A DNA stretch of 64,000 bases, from positions 18,809-82,808 of the forward strand of contig CAZOYD010000004.1 in assembly GCA_964583985.1 (NCBI GenBank). The letters run 5' to 3'. The notes beneath the pieces were generated by a model. It ran no database searches, was not told where the DNA came from, and saw only the letters and a list, made by a program, of their open reading frames with translations. The position numbers were made by a program, and so were the translations under genes. Source of the DNA: an uncultured archaeon. GTDB taxonomy: Archaea > Asgardarchaeota > Lokiarchaeia > Sigyniarchaeales > SOKP01. Shown one piece after another: positions 49,753-58,686 of this stretch; the first letter of the stretch is position 1; every line of letters begins with the position of its first letter.

Positions 49753-50784
49753 TTAATACTCTTCAGTTAAATTGACTTGATTGATGAATTGACGCTTACC
49801 TTCAGATAATCGAGACAAATTTTCTATAACTTCGTCCCACCTTAGTAAGTCAGCAAAAGGAGAATAACCCCTATGAGGTGAAAGGATAATATTTTCAAGA
49901 TCATGAAAAGGATAATTATATGGGTATTTTTTACCTTTTAAATCCTCATCAGGTGAATAATTGTACCAGACATCAATCGCTGCTCCTATTATTGCTTTAT
50001 CTTTTAAAGCATTATAAAGAGCTAACTCATTTATTATCTCCCCTCTCCCAACATTTATTAATATACCTTCTTTTCCTAATAAATCCAGTTGCTTCTTTCC
50101 AATTAAATTCTTAGTCCTTGAAGTAAGAGGAATTGCAATTATTAAGATATCTATTTCATCACAAAAATCATTAACTTGAGATTCAGTAAATTTTTTTACT
50201 GGAGTAATCAATTGTTCATCGTTCTTATCCCAATGTTTACGGAGGACAGAAAATTCGATGTTGAAACCGTGTAACATTTCGTGGATTTTTTTGTTAATTG
50301 CTCCGTATCCCAGCAATCCCACTTTTCTAAAACGTAATGGTATCGAGGCTGCTTCCTCATCACCAGTCCTCCATTTTCCTTCTTTCATCCATTTATGATG
50401 CAAAATTATTTTATTCATAAATGTTAAAAGCAATGCAACAGCATGTTGTGCCACAAAATAGGAGTTCCCATGTCCATTGATAAGTTTTACTTCTCTTTCT
50501 GTGTTTAATTCTCGAAATAAATCAATTAGATGCGTTACACCCGCTCCAGGATTGATAAATAGTCTTAGCTTAGCTGCTCTTTTTAACATTTCTGCTGTTG
50601 GATGCCACCCAATTAAAACATCAGCATCTGCAGCGAGAGATAATACATTTTTAATTGAAGTGTCAGAAGGAAACAATAATTTTAGGTTGTCATATCTTTT
50701 TAAATTCGATGATAAATATTCCTGTATGGATTGGGATATTTCAGAAATGAAGAGGACGATTATTTCATCTGGTTTTTTTGACAT
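49753..50784 (-). CDS. D-isomer-specific 2-hydroxyacid dehydrogenase family, NAD-binding
   Basis: 343 aa. GLLGYGAINKKI dinucleotide loop, INVGRGEIINELAL, GAAIDVW, SPHRG. Confidence 0.8.
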   Translation of the reverse strand: MSKKPDEIIVLFISEISQSIQEYLSSNLKRYDNLKLLFPSDTSIKNVLSLAADADVLIGWHPTAEMLKRAAKLRLFINPGAGVTHLIDLFRELNTEREVKLINGHGNSYFVAQHAVALLLTFMNKIILHHKWMKEGKWRTGDEEAASIPLRFRKVGLLGYGAINKKIHEMLHGFNIEFSVLRKHWDKNDEQLITPVKKFTESQVNDFCDEIDILIIAIPLTSRTKNLIGKKQLDLLGKEGILINVGRGEIINELALYNALKDKAIIGAAIDVWYNYSPDEDLKGKKYPYNYPFHDLENIILSPHRGYSPFADLLRWDEVIENLSRLSEGKRQFINQVNLTEEY

Positions 50785-51030
50785 AATTCATCGCGTGATT
50801 CAAGTTGACTCATAGAACAGAAAAGATAACCTTAAATATCTAATTTTTGTCCTATGATAATTGAAATAAATTTTGCAGTGGTATGAAGTAAGTAAACTTA
50901 GAATGAAAACTATCATATTTATCTGTCAGACTCAAATAAATTTTTATATCCTTTATATCAATATATTTATAATTAAAACAATAAATAAACAATTAGGTAA
51001 TTGCTATTGTCTGAAATTAAATTATTTTCC

Positions 51031-52365
51031 ATGTTCGTTGAGAGCATTCAATTAAATATCGATGATTTTTTAGTAGAAGAGCTTACAGAAATGCAAAAGG
51101 AAATCATAGATGAAGCCACGTTTATTTTCAAGGAAAATATCGTTGGAGATATTAAGCCCTTTGGAGGAAATATAAAAAAAAACGAGGAAAAATATAATGA
51201 ATTATTAAAACATGCAGAAGAGGAACTCAAATTAGAAAAATATAAAGATATCAAGAAGCAACTCAAGGACTATCTTAGTAAATTACCAGAATTAATCATA
51301 AAAACCTGTGGAGCTAAAATTCCTGTTAAAGAATTTCCTTGGGTAGATATTATATTTCGAACTGTACCTCGTATTATATATGATGAAAAAGTAAAACTCT
51401 TAGATAAATCAATTACTTATTATGGAGAAATTAAATGTTTCATTGGTAGAACAACCCTCTATGGTAAAATCAAGGATCAAGAGCCTCTGTTTGCACCATT
51501 TACAGGAAATCTTGATTTAGGAGGGTACAAGCTTGATACCGCGACAGAAAAACCTAAATCGGAAATGTTCTCTTATGTTAATGCTATCATAAATTCATTT
51601 GATTCAGCCATTACAAAAAGTCAATTAGCTAAGTACCATGAAGAATTCTCTCGGCATGGAGATCCAATCTGTGATTTTTTTATGAAGGAAGATGATTTAA
51701 AAGAATCATTATCAAACCTAACATCCGCGTTTGAAAGCGGCAGAATAAAATCTGACACTGCCGTTTGTGGTATTGCGGTACCAATACCTTCAGATAAAAC
51801 AACACTAATAATCGTAATTGATGAAAGCGATGATAGTAATAGGTATACGAAATGTTTTGAAGCGCAATTAAAATTCTCTGCAGCAGCATGTAATGCCCCC
51901 ATCCCAATGTCGGGAACAATCCCTACTCAAGGAGAACAAACTCCTGGAACTGTTAGTACACCAGGAGGTCAAGAGCTTAAAATATGGTCTGCCGAAGAAT
52001 TAGCCGCACAAGCACAATCGAGATTGAATTCTCAACCGGAAATGCCCGTATGGACAGAAGAAGAATTAGCTAAGCACATTTCCGAAAGAGGAACGGGACT
52101 TCCAGAAGGAATAGAAATGTGGACCGAAGAAGAATTGTTAGAATTAGCTAAACAGAGAGGTGGTGGTGGATTAAATATTCCTGAATGGGAAGATCAAGGA
52201 TTACCTGAATGTAAAAATTGTGGTTATGCTCTAAGATCGGGATGGGATAAATGCCCTGTTTGTGAAACTCCCGTGGGAGAGCAATCTTCTAATAAAACGG
52301 AAAACTCCGAAACACAAAAATCCGAAGAATCTACTGAAGAATCATTAAAAGATCCAGAAGAGTGA
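51031..52365 (+). CDS. hypothetical protein with tandem Trp-acidic motifs and C-terminal zinc ribbon
   Basis: ORF 51001..52365. ATG 51031 preferred. Unknown N-domain of about 290 aa, Pro/Gly/Thr linker, KIWSAEEL / VWTEEEL / MWTEEEL / PEWED repeats, CKNCG..x9..CPVC, acidic tail. Confidence 0.6.
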   Translation: MFVESIQLNIDDFLVEELTEMQKEIIDEATFIFKENIVGDIKPFGGNIKKNEEKYNELLKHAEEELKLEKYKDIKKQLKDYLSKLPELIIKTCGAKIPVKEFPWVDIIFRTVPRIIYDEKVKLLDKSITYYGEIKCFIGRTTLYGKIKDQEPLFAPFTGNLDLGGYKLDTATEKPKSEMFSYVNAIINSFDSAITKSQLAKYHEEFSRHGDPICDFFMKEDDLKESLSNLTSAFESGRIKSDTAVCGIAVPIPSDKTTLIIVIDESDDSNRYTKCFEAQLKFSAAACNAPIPMSGTIPTQGEQTPGTVSTPGGQELKIWSAEELAAQAQSRLNSQPEMPVWTEEELAKHISERGTGLPEGIEMWTEEELLELAKQRGGGGLNIPEWEDQGLPECKNCGYALRSGWDKCPVCETPVGEQSSNKTENSETQKSEESTEESLKDPEE

Positions 52366-52510
52366 AACTAAATTTAAATAAATCTTCAACTGTTTCTCAC
52401 CCAAAAAATTAATTAGGATCAAAATAGGATTATTTTCCTCTCCATTCAAAACTTTTTTTAACTAGATTTTATTTACAACATTAAAGGTATCAAGAAATTA
52501 AAGAAAAAAA

Positions 52511-53545
52511 TTGTTATCCAATATTTTCTTATTAAAAGGAAATACTTTCCATGATTTGAATTCTCTAGATATTTTTAGCTATCCAGATGATATCTTGAGA
52601 AATAGAAATCATGATTTTGTAAAAAAGGTCATTTTTGGTCATGATCATGGAATTATTGTAGAGAATTATCGTAAAGATATGGCGAATGAGTTGGAGCATT
52701 CAAATCAAAAACTCAATCAAAAATTGAATGATTATTCCTTAGATCGTCCCGTCCCTCAAAATATCGATGGGTTAAATGTGTATACAATATGCATTAATTC
52801 AAAGATGATAATTGGGTTAATTTTTGAAAAAAATGATAATCCAATTGATTATAAAGAGATTTTTGAAGATTTATCGAATGAAATGCTAAATAATGAAAGA
52901 TGTTGCAAGTTTGAAGATGAAATTGAGATTGAAAACTTTCTAATAACTCTTTTTATTGATATTAGGAGATATGGAGATGAATTTATAGAAAAAGCTCCCG
53001 AAATGGCTTTCAAACCCATTGGTATCTTCATTAAAGTGTTTCTCTTTGGTATTGACGATGTTGGTAAAACATCATTTGCACACCGAATTAAAACAGGAAA
53101 ATTTATAGATAATTCTTTCACTCCAACCCGAACTTTCAATATCGAATATATCCAAAAACAAGACGGATATTTAGCAGTTTGGGACATGCCAGGACAACGG
53201 GCATTTAGGGATAAATGGTTTAAAGGAATTCAAGATTCCAATATCATTATATATATGATAGATGCTGCAAATCAGTTGCGATTTGAAGAATCCAAAAGAG
53301 AATTATGGAATTTTTTAAATAAGCATGATTCATCTGGAATTCCTCTTTTAATTTTGGGAAATAAAACAGATCTAATCACGAAACCCGAAGAAATAGAAAG
53401 TAATCTTTTCAGAACTAAACAAGAAATAATGGATTATTTTGAACTTGATAAAATCAACGATCGAGATTATTATTTCTTTTTTACATCAGTAAAGACTAAT
53501 TTTAATATGAATGAAGTAATGAACACTCTTTTTAATATAGTGTGA
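52511..53545 (+). CDS. Arf/Sar-like small GTPase with an uncharacterised N-terminal domain of about 170 aa
   Basis: 344 aa, TTG start. G1 GIDDVGKTS, G3 WDMPGQ, G4 GNKTD, G5-like TSVK in aa 173-344. Confidence 0.8.
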   Translation: MLSNIFLLKGNTFHDLNSLDIFSYPDDILRNRNHDFVKKVIFGHDHGIIVENYRKDMANELEHSNQKLNQKLNDYSLDRPVPQNIDGLNVYTICINSKMIIGLIFEKNDNPIDYKEIFEDLSNEMLNNERCCKFEDEIEIENFLITLFIDIRRYGDEFIEKAPEMAFKPIGIFIKVFLFGIDDVGKTSFAHRIKTGKFIDNSFTPTRTFNIEYIQKQDGYLAVWDMPGQRAFRDKWFKGIQDSNIIIYMIDAANQLRFEESKRELWNFLNKHDSSGIPLLILGNKTDLITKPEEIESNLFRTKQEIMDYFELDKINDRDYYFFFTSVKTNFNMNEVMNTLFNIV

Positions 53546-53655
53546 TTGACTTAATGATGAGTTTTTTTAGAGTGAATTTCCAAAGATTAAATTTATAAAT
53601 CTAAAAGATTAAATTTCTATTATAATAAATGAGATAAACCGAGCAGATACTCATT

Positions 53656-54252
53656 ATGTTTAAAAGATTAAAAAAAGATTTGAATATTAATATCGAAGAA
53701 AAGGATGGACAACTGTTCTTGGGTGATAAAAAGAAAGACATGCGCCTAGTAATGCTGCGACCCAATGAAATAATGGAATTTTGTGAGTTTACTGGTACGA
53801 ACGCAGAAGATATTTTGAGTTGGGTCGGAAAAACTCTCGGAAAGGGTTTTATGGAACAATTCTTCTATAATAAGGATTGGAGTGCTGAAAATCTTGCCGT
53901 AAAGAAAGAAGTGGTTCTTGGAACATTGGAAGCCTTGATGTTAATGGGATATGGGGCCTTAACAGGGCTCTTCAAAAAAGATCACATCATGATTAACGTT
54001 TATGGATCCCTCGCAAAAGAGGAAAAAGAAAGCGTAATGGCTAAAAATTTATGCGTGTTATATCTTGGTATATTCACGGGAATCTTGGACGTGCTCGGAA
54101 TTGAGGCTGACGGAAAAGAAATAGAGTGCATTTTAACGGGTGGTGAAAAATGTTCCTTTAAATTTGACTTCATCGGAGAAGAAATTGACGATAGCTTAGT
54201 TGATGAGGATCTTTCAGAAGAAACTGTAACCGAATTTTTAGCATCTCTCTAA
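53656..54252 (+). CDS. V4R-domain protein (Bet3/TRAPP-related fold)
   Basis: 198 aa. C-terminal pattern C..YLGIFTGILDVLG....(E)IECILTGGEKCSFKF matches the V4R Cys signature. Confidence 0.6.
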   Translation: MFKRLKKDLNINIEEKDGQLFLGDKKKDMRLVMLRPNEIMEFCEFTGTNAEDILSWVGKTLGKGFMEQFFYNKDWSAENLAVKKEVVLGTLEALMLMGYGALTGLFKKDHIMINVYGSLAKEEKESVMAKNLCVLYLGIFTGILDVLGIEADGKEIECILTGGEKCSFKFDFIGEEIDDSLVDEDLSEETVTEFLASL

Positions 54253-54435
54253 ATTAAACATCTAAAAAAATCTCTTTTTGATAATATTATTGTTCTTTTA
54301 TTGAAATAATCTCCATTCCAAAACTTTTAGCTCGAAAGTGATAAGATTAAGAAAAATCTAATATAGCAATTCTTAGTTAATCCCGCATTTCCTTCACGTT
54401 TATATTACCCTTTCTATTTATAAAATAATTACTTG

Positions 54436-54451
54436 GTGTGAAGCTTCACAC
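54436..54451. promoter_or_regulatory. perfect 16-bp palindrome GTGTGAAGCTTCACAC just downstream of a TATA-like box (TTTATAAAA, 54417-54425), upstream of cdhA
   Basis: Read directly. It is the only G/C-containing perfect palindrome I saw in the 338-bp cdhA upstream region. Its position overlaps the expected transcription start relative to the TATA-like element. Confidence 0.35.
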
Positions 54452-54590
54452 TTATTTTCTAAAAACAACATTGCTTTCCAGCTGTTAAAAGTAATTATAA
54501 AATTTAAAATATGAGTGTTAATAATTTCAATTATAGTAATTTAACATTATGAATATTAATTAATTATTAATTGAAAAATGTGAAAAAAAA

Positions 54591-56942
54591 ATGAATGAAA
54601 AAGGCGTCAAACTAAAAGTTGACTCTTATTCAGGTCCACTAGGAAAGATCAAGGGATTCGAATTTACAGCGGGAAAACTTGTAAGTGAAGGCGATGAAAC
54701 GGAATGGGAAGTGATGGGACCGACCCCAAAACCTCATATTCCTACTCTACGTCCCTGGTTCTTCAAATTAATGGAAAGATACAAACCTTATTATATGCCT
54801 ATATGTGATATGTGTTGTTTGTGCACTTATGGTAAATGTAATCTTTCTAAAGGGAGAACTGGCGCATGTGGTATAAATATGGAGACTCAACAAGCAAGGA
54901 TAGTCCAAATTGCATGTGCTATTGGAGCCGCATGTCATAGTGCTCACGGTGATCATCTACTACATTGGCTCAAAGAGAAATATGGCAACGTTCCAATTAA
55001 TTTTGGAAATAATATTGCGGTAGAAATGCCACTTACGCGATTGCTTGTGGGAATGAAGCCAGAAACCTTAGAGGATTTGGAGACTGCTATGGAATGGGTT
55101 CATTATACAATCACCCACGTTTTAGCAGCTGGACATACAGGTCAAGAATCAAATTATATCGATTATGAAAATAAAAGTTTTGTTGCGGGATTAGCTGATG
55201 AGGTAGGCATGGAGATAGCTGATGCCGTTCAAATCGCAGCATATGGTTTCCCCATGGGTGAAGCAGATGTTCCAATTGTTGAGTTAGGCATGGGAACGAT
55301 GGATGTAGAAAACAAAGCAACGGTATTGATGATTGGACATAATGTAGCACCTGGTATCGAACTTGTAGACTATATTAGAGAAAAAGGTTTAGAAGATAAA
55401 CTTGATGTGGGAGCAATTTGTTGCACAGCACATGATTTAACAAGGTATTATGATGGTGCTAAAGTAATTGGTTCAATGTCAAGACAAATGCACTTTATCC
55501 GTTCAGGATTAGCTGATGTAGTTATGGTTGATGAACAATGTGTAAACCTCCGAAGTTTTGAACAAGCCCAACTTGTAGGATCTCCGTTTATTGCTACAAA
55601 TGAGAAAAACATGGGGGGTTTACCCGATAGAACTAATGACCCCGCTGAAGAAATTATTGATGATTTAGTCAGTGGTAGAGTCCCGGGAGTTTTAATTTTA
55701 GATCCGATAAAAGCAGGCATTGTAGCTTCTGAAACTGCTGTTAAAATAAAACCAATTAGAAAGGGTAGAAGTGGAGTTCCAGATGAGCAAGGTTGTATTG
55801 ATATGGCCTATAATTGCAATGGATGCGGTAATTGTCAACGAAACTGTCCTAATGATCTTCCTCTTGTAGAGGGAGTAAGACTTGTCAAGGAAGGCGATTT
55901 TTCCGTGCTAGCCGATGCGTTTGATCACTGTTTAGATTGTGGAAGGTGCGAGGCAGACTGCATGAAAAATGTTTCTCCATTAACACTTTTAATGTATGCT
56001 GGACGGGATAAGATAAGACATGAGACATTTAACATGAGAGTTGGAAGAGGACCCATACAAGATACAGAAATAAGAAATGTTGGGGCTCCGATTGTACTTG
56101 GAGAAATACCTGGAATTGTAGCAATAATTGGATGTGCAAGTTATGGCAAAGAAATCCAAGAATTATACAAGATGGCAGAAGAATTTCTTATACGAAATTA
56201 CATTGTGGTAGTTTCTGGGTGTGGTGCAATGGATATCGGACTTGTTAAAGATGAAGATGGTAAAACATTGTATGATCGATTTCCGGGAGATTTTGATCGC
56301 GGAGGATTAGTGAATGTCGGATCTTGTGTTTCTAATCCACACATTACTGGTGCTGCTTGTAAGGTAGCAAATATTTTCGCAAGAAGACCTTTAAGAGGAA
56401 ATTTTGAAGAAATCGCAGATTATATCTTGAATCGAGTAGGTGCTGTAGGTGTAGCGTGGGGCGCAATGTCTCAAAAAGCTGCAAGTATTGCATCGGGCGC
56501 TAATGGTTTGGGAATTCCTGCAGTTTGCGGACCTCATGCCGCAGAATATCGAAGAATGTACATTGGACGTTCTGATGATGACGAAACATGGAAAGTTTTT
56601 AATGCACGAGATGGAACACCAGATCAACTAGTAGGACCCGCACCTGAACATTTGCTTTGCACTGCTGAATCAATAGAACAAGCAATTTGCTTAGTTGCGA
56701 AATTAGCTATTAGACCCGCGGATAACTCAAAAGGCAGAATGATCAAACTTTCTCATTGGATAGACTTGGAAAGAAAATATAAAGGCGTTGATTTGCCAAA
56801 CGACTTAGAGAAATATATCCGTGTTGAATCAGATATTCCAATCAATATGAAAGAAGAAATTCACGAATATCTAAAGCAAAAAGATTGGCAACCACGTGAG
56901 ATAGTAGATCCAACTTTAATCAAGAGATTGTGTAGAGTTTAA
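54591..56942 (+). CDS. cdhA: acetyl-CoA decarbonylase/synthase complex alpha subunit (Ni-CO dehydrogenase catalytic subunit)
   Basis: 783 aa. N-terminal Cys cluster CDMCCLCTYGKCNL...GACG. Inserted 2x[4Fe-4S] ferredoxin motifs CNGCGNCQRNCP and CLDCGRCEADC. C-cluster region GCGAMD, GSCVSN. Confidence 0.9.
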   Translation: MNEKGVKLKVDSYSGPLGKIKGFEFTAGKLVSEGDETEWEVMGPTPKPHIPTLRPWFFKLMERYKPYYMPICDMCCLCTYGKCNLSKGRTGACGINMETQQARIVQIACAIGAACHSAHGDHLLHWLKEKYGNVPINFGNNIAVEMPLTRLLVGMKPETLEDLETAMEWVHYTITHVLAAGHTGQESNYIDYENKSFVAGLADEVGMEIADAVQIAAYGFPMGEADVPIVELGMGTMDVENKATVLMIGHNVAPGIELVDYIREKGLEDKLDVGAICCTAHDLTRYYDGAKVIGSMSRQMHFIRSGLADVVMVDEQCVNLRSFEQAQLVGSPFIATNEKNMGGLPDRTNDPAEEIIDDLVSGRVPGVLILDPIKAGIVASETAVKIKPIRKGRSGVPDEQGCIDMAYNCNGCGNCQRNCPNDLPLVEGVRLVKEGDFSVLADAFDHCLDCGRCEADCMKNVSPLTLLMYAGRDKIRHETFNMRVGRGPIQDTEIRNVGAPIVLGEIPGIVAIIGCASYGKEIQELYKMAEEFLIRNYIVVVSGCGAMDIGLVKDEDGKTLYDRFPGDFDRGGLVNVGSCVSNPHITGAACKVANIFARRPLRGNFEEIADYILNRVGAVGVAWGAMSQKAASIASGANGLGIPAVCGPHAAEYRRMYIGRSDDDETWKVFNARDGTPDQLVGPAPEHLLCTAESIEQAICLVAKLAIRPADNSKGRMIKLSHWIDLERKYKGVDLPNDLEKYIRVESDIPINMKEEIHEYLKQKDWQPREIVDPTLIKRLCRV

Positions 56943-57041
56943 ACATTAATCCTTTTTTACAATATTTTTTATCTTTTTAATTTATCTTTATTTTAAACAA
57001 ATAATTCTAATACAAAATCACAAAAAGTCTTGAATGGAATC

Positions 57042-57248
57042 ATGCTAGACAAACAAAAGGAAAAATTGGCTAAATTGTGTGAACACTGGGCAAATCACAA
57101 TGAATCTCACATGGAAAGTTTTGTAAAATGGCGGGATATAGCAAATGAGATGCAGTTAAAATCAGCGGTTGAAGATTTAAATAAAGCAATTGAATCAATG
57201 AAGGAGTGCAATAAACACTTGCTCTCTGTAATAGATGGCATTAAATAA
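57042..57248 (+). CDS. small His/Cys-rich helical protein
   Basis: ORF 57030..57248. ATG 57042 gives 68 aa with CEHWANHNESH and KECNKH. Same strand as cdhA, 100 bp downstream of it. Confidence 0.4.
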   Translation: MLDKQKEKLAKLCEHWANHNESHMESFVKWRDIANEMQLKSAVEDLNKAIESMKECNKHLLSVIDGIK

Positions 57249-57280
57249 TAATAAGGTATAACCTTTTTTTTAGCGATCTT

Positions 57281-58489
57281 TTAGATGAACAAATTGATTA
57301 AGGGCAATAATTCTTTCTTGAAATAACCTATTTTATCATGCAATAATTGCGGATTTTCAGAAAGGAACCATAGATATACGGGGATATTTAATTCGGAATA
57401 CTCAAATAGCTTTTCACCTCGAATCGTAAATCCATTCAATGGAAACTCGAGTGTCATGATACTTTCACGCATTAATCCCATGGATTGATGGAAATTTGAA
57501 AGGGTTTGCAACAATAGAGCAGTATTATTCAATATTGCTTCACCAATATCATCTGAAGTGTATGTGCCGAAAATTAAACCGTCCATCGAAATTAAGCTGG
57601 TGGATTTTCCTTTAATTGAACCAGTGAAATCCTCTAATATATTTTCAATAATTTCAGACGTTTCAGATACTTTCTTTAATGCTATGCTAAACATTTGCAT
57701 GATGGTTTCTTTTTGATAAATGGTTGTATCAGCAAAATCGACTTTAAAGTTGCTAAATTCACTAGAAATTTGAGTGAATTTACTTTTAATGGCTTTAACA
57801 TTGTTCTCCCACTCTAAGGTTCTTCGAAAATCTTGATCACTCTTGCTAAGAACCACAAATACTGGGGGATTTTCATTTAAATCGCGGAGTGCGTTTAATA
57901 CTTGCCGATAATAATTAGCCGCTTCAGGAAATCGATCCGAATCTTTTGTATCTATAACATACAAGACTAAATCAGCATCGGTAAAAAATAGATCAGGTCT
58001 ATTAAAGTACAATTTTTCCCGATATTGTACTTGCCCTCCTAAATCCCAAGAGATGATTGGATAACCAAAAAAATCTAGTTTCTCTCGTTTAACGCCTCTC
58101 GTTGGTAATAATGATTTGATAATCGAGAATTTATCTTGTAAAACTGCCAAGATGGAACTTTTTCCTCCATTATCCAAGCCAATCATGAGGATTTTTTTGT
58201 GTGATTTCATTTGTTCTTTGATCGTTTTAACTACTACTTTGGCTATTTTAACCCATTTTGATAAAATTTGTGAAGGGATTTCCTTAATCTCTGGAAGATT
58301 ATCTTCGGAAATTTTAGCCAGATCTTCGATTGATTTGATTTTATGCTCCTCTAATTTGTTAGAAGATATCTGATCAATTCCAATTAGAGTATCAGGCTTA
58401 AAATCTAATATTTCTTCAAGCTCGTTAATCAGGATCGAGCTCTTAAAGAAATCTTTTATTTTTACATTCTTCATCTCGTTATTTGACAT
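57281..58489 (-). CDS. Sar1/Arf-like small GTPase fused to a C-terminal roadblock/LC7-like domain (N-terminal HhH-like segment)
   Basis: ORF to 58501 (GTG); ATG at 58489. G1 GLDNGGKSS (Sar1: GLDNAGKTT), G3 WDLGGQ, G4 SKSD. C-terminal ~125 aa show an alpha-beta-beta-alpha-beta-beta pattern (SLISMDGLIFGTYTSDDIGEAILNNTALLL). Confidence 0.8.
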   Translation of the reverse strand: MSNNEMKNVKIKDFFKSSILINELEEILDFKPDTLIGIDQISSNKLEEHKIKSIEDLAKISEDNLPEIKEIPSQILSKWVKIAKVVVKTIKEQMKSHKKILMIGLDNGGKSSILAVLQDKFSIIKSLLPTRGVKREKLDFFGYPIISWDLGGQVQYREKLYFNRPDLFFTDADLVLYVIDTKDSDRFPEAANYYRQVLNALRDLNENPPVFVVLSKSDQDFRRTLEWENNVKAIKSKFTQISSEFSNFKVDFADTTIYQKETIMQMFSIALKKVSETSEIIENILEDFTGSIKGKSTSLISMDGLIFGTYTSDDIGEAILNNTALLLQTLSNFHQSMGLMRESIMTLEFPLNGFTIRGEKLFEYSELNIPVYLWFLSENPQLLHDKIGYFKKELLPLINLFI

Positions 58490-58686
58490 GAAACATCGCA
58501 CAAGATTTCAAATAAATAGTCATTTAATTTAAAATGGTTTTATTTAATATGAAACTTCTAATTTATAAAATTAATGGAAACAAAAAAACACCCTATCCAA
58601 AAAAAAATCCATAATTATTTATTCTTTTAATTAAATTATAAAATTAGAATCATTCATACACCGTAGATTATTTAAGGTTTAGGCTA

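Noticed and set aside
50873-51055. 60-aa ORF, and the TTG-extended start (51001) of the next gene, in the 50785-51030 intergenic region
   Set aside because: The translation is AT-driven and Ile/Asn/Tyr-rich. It more likely represents the promoter region of the 51031 gene.
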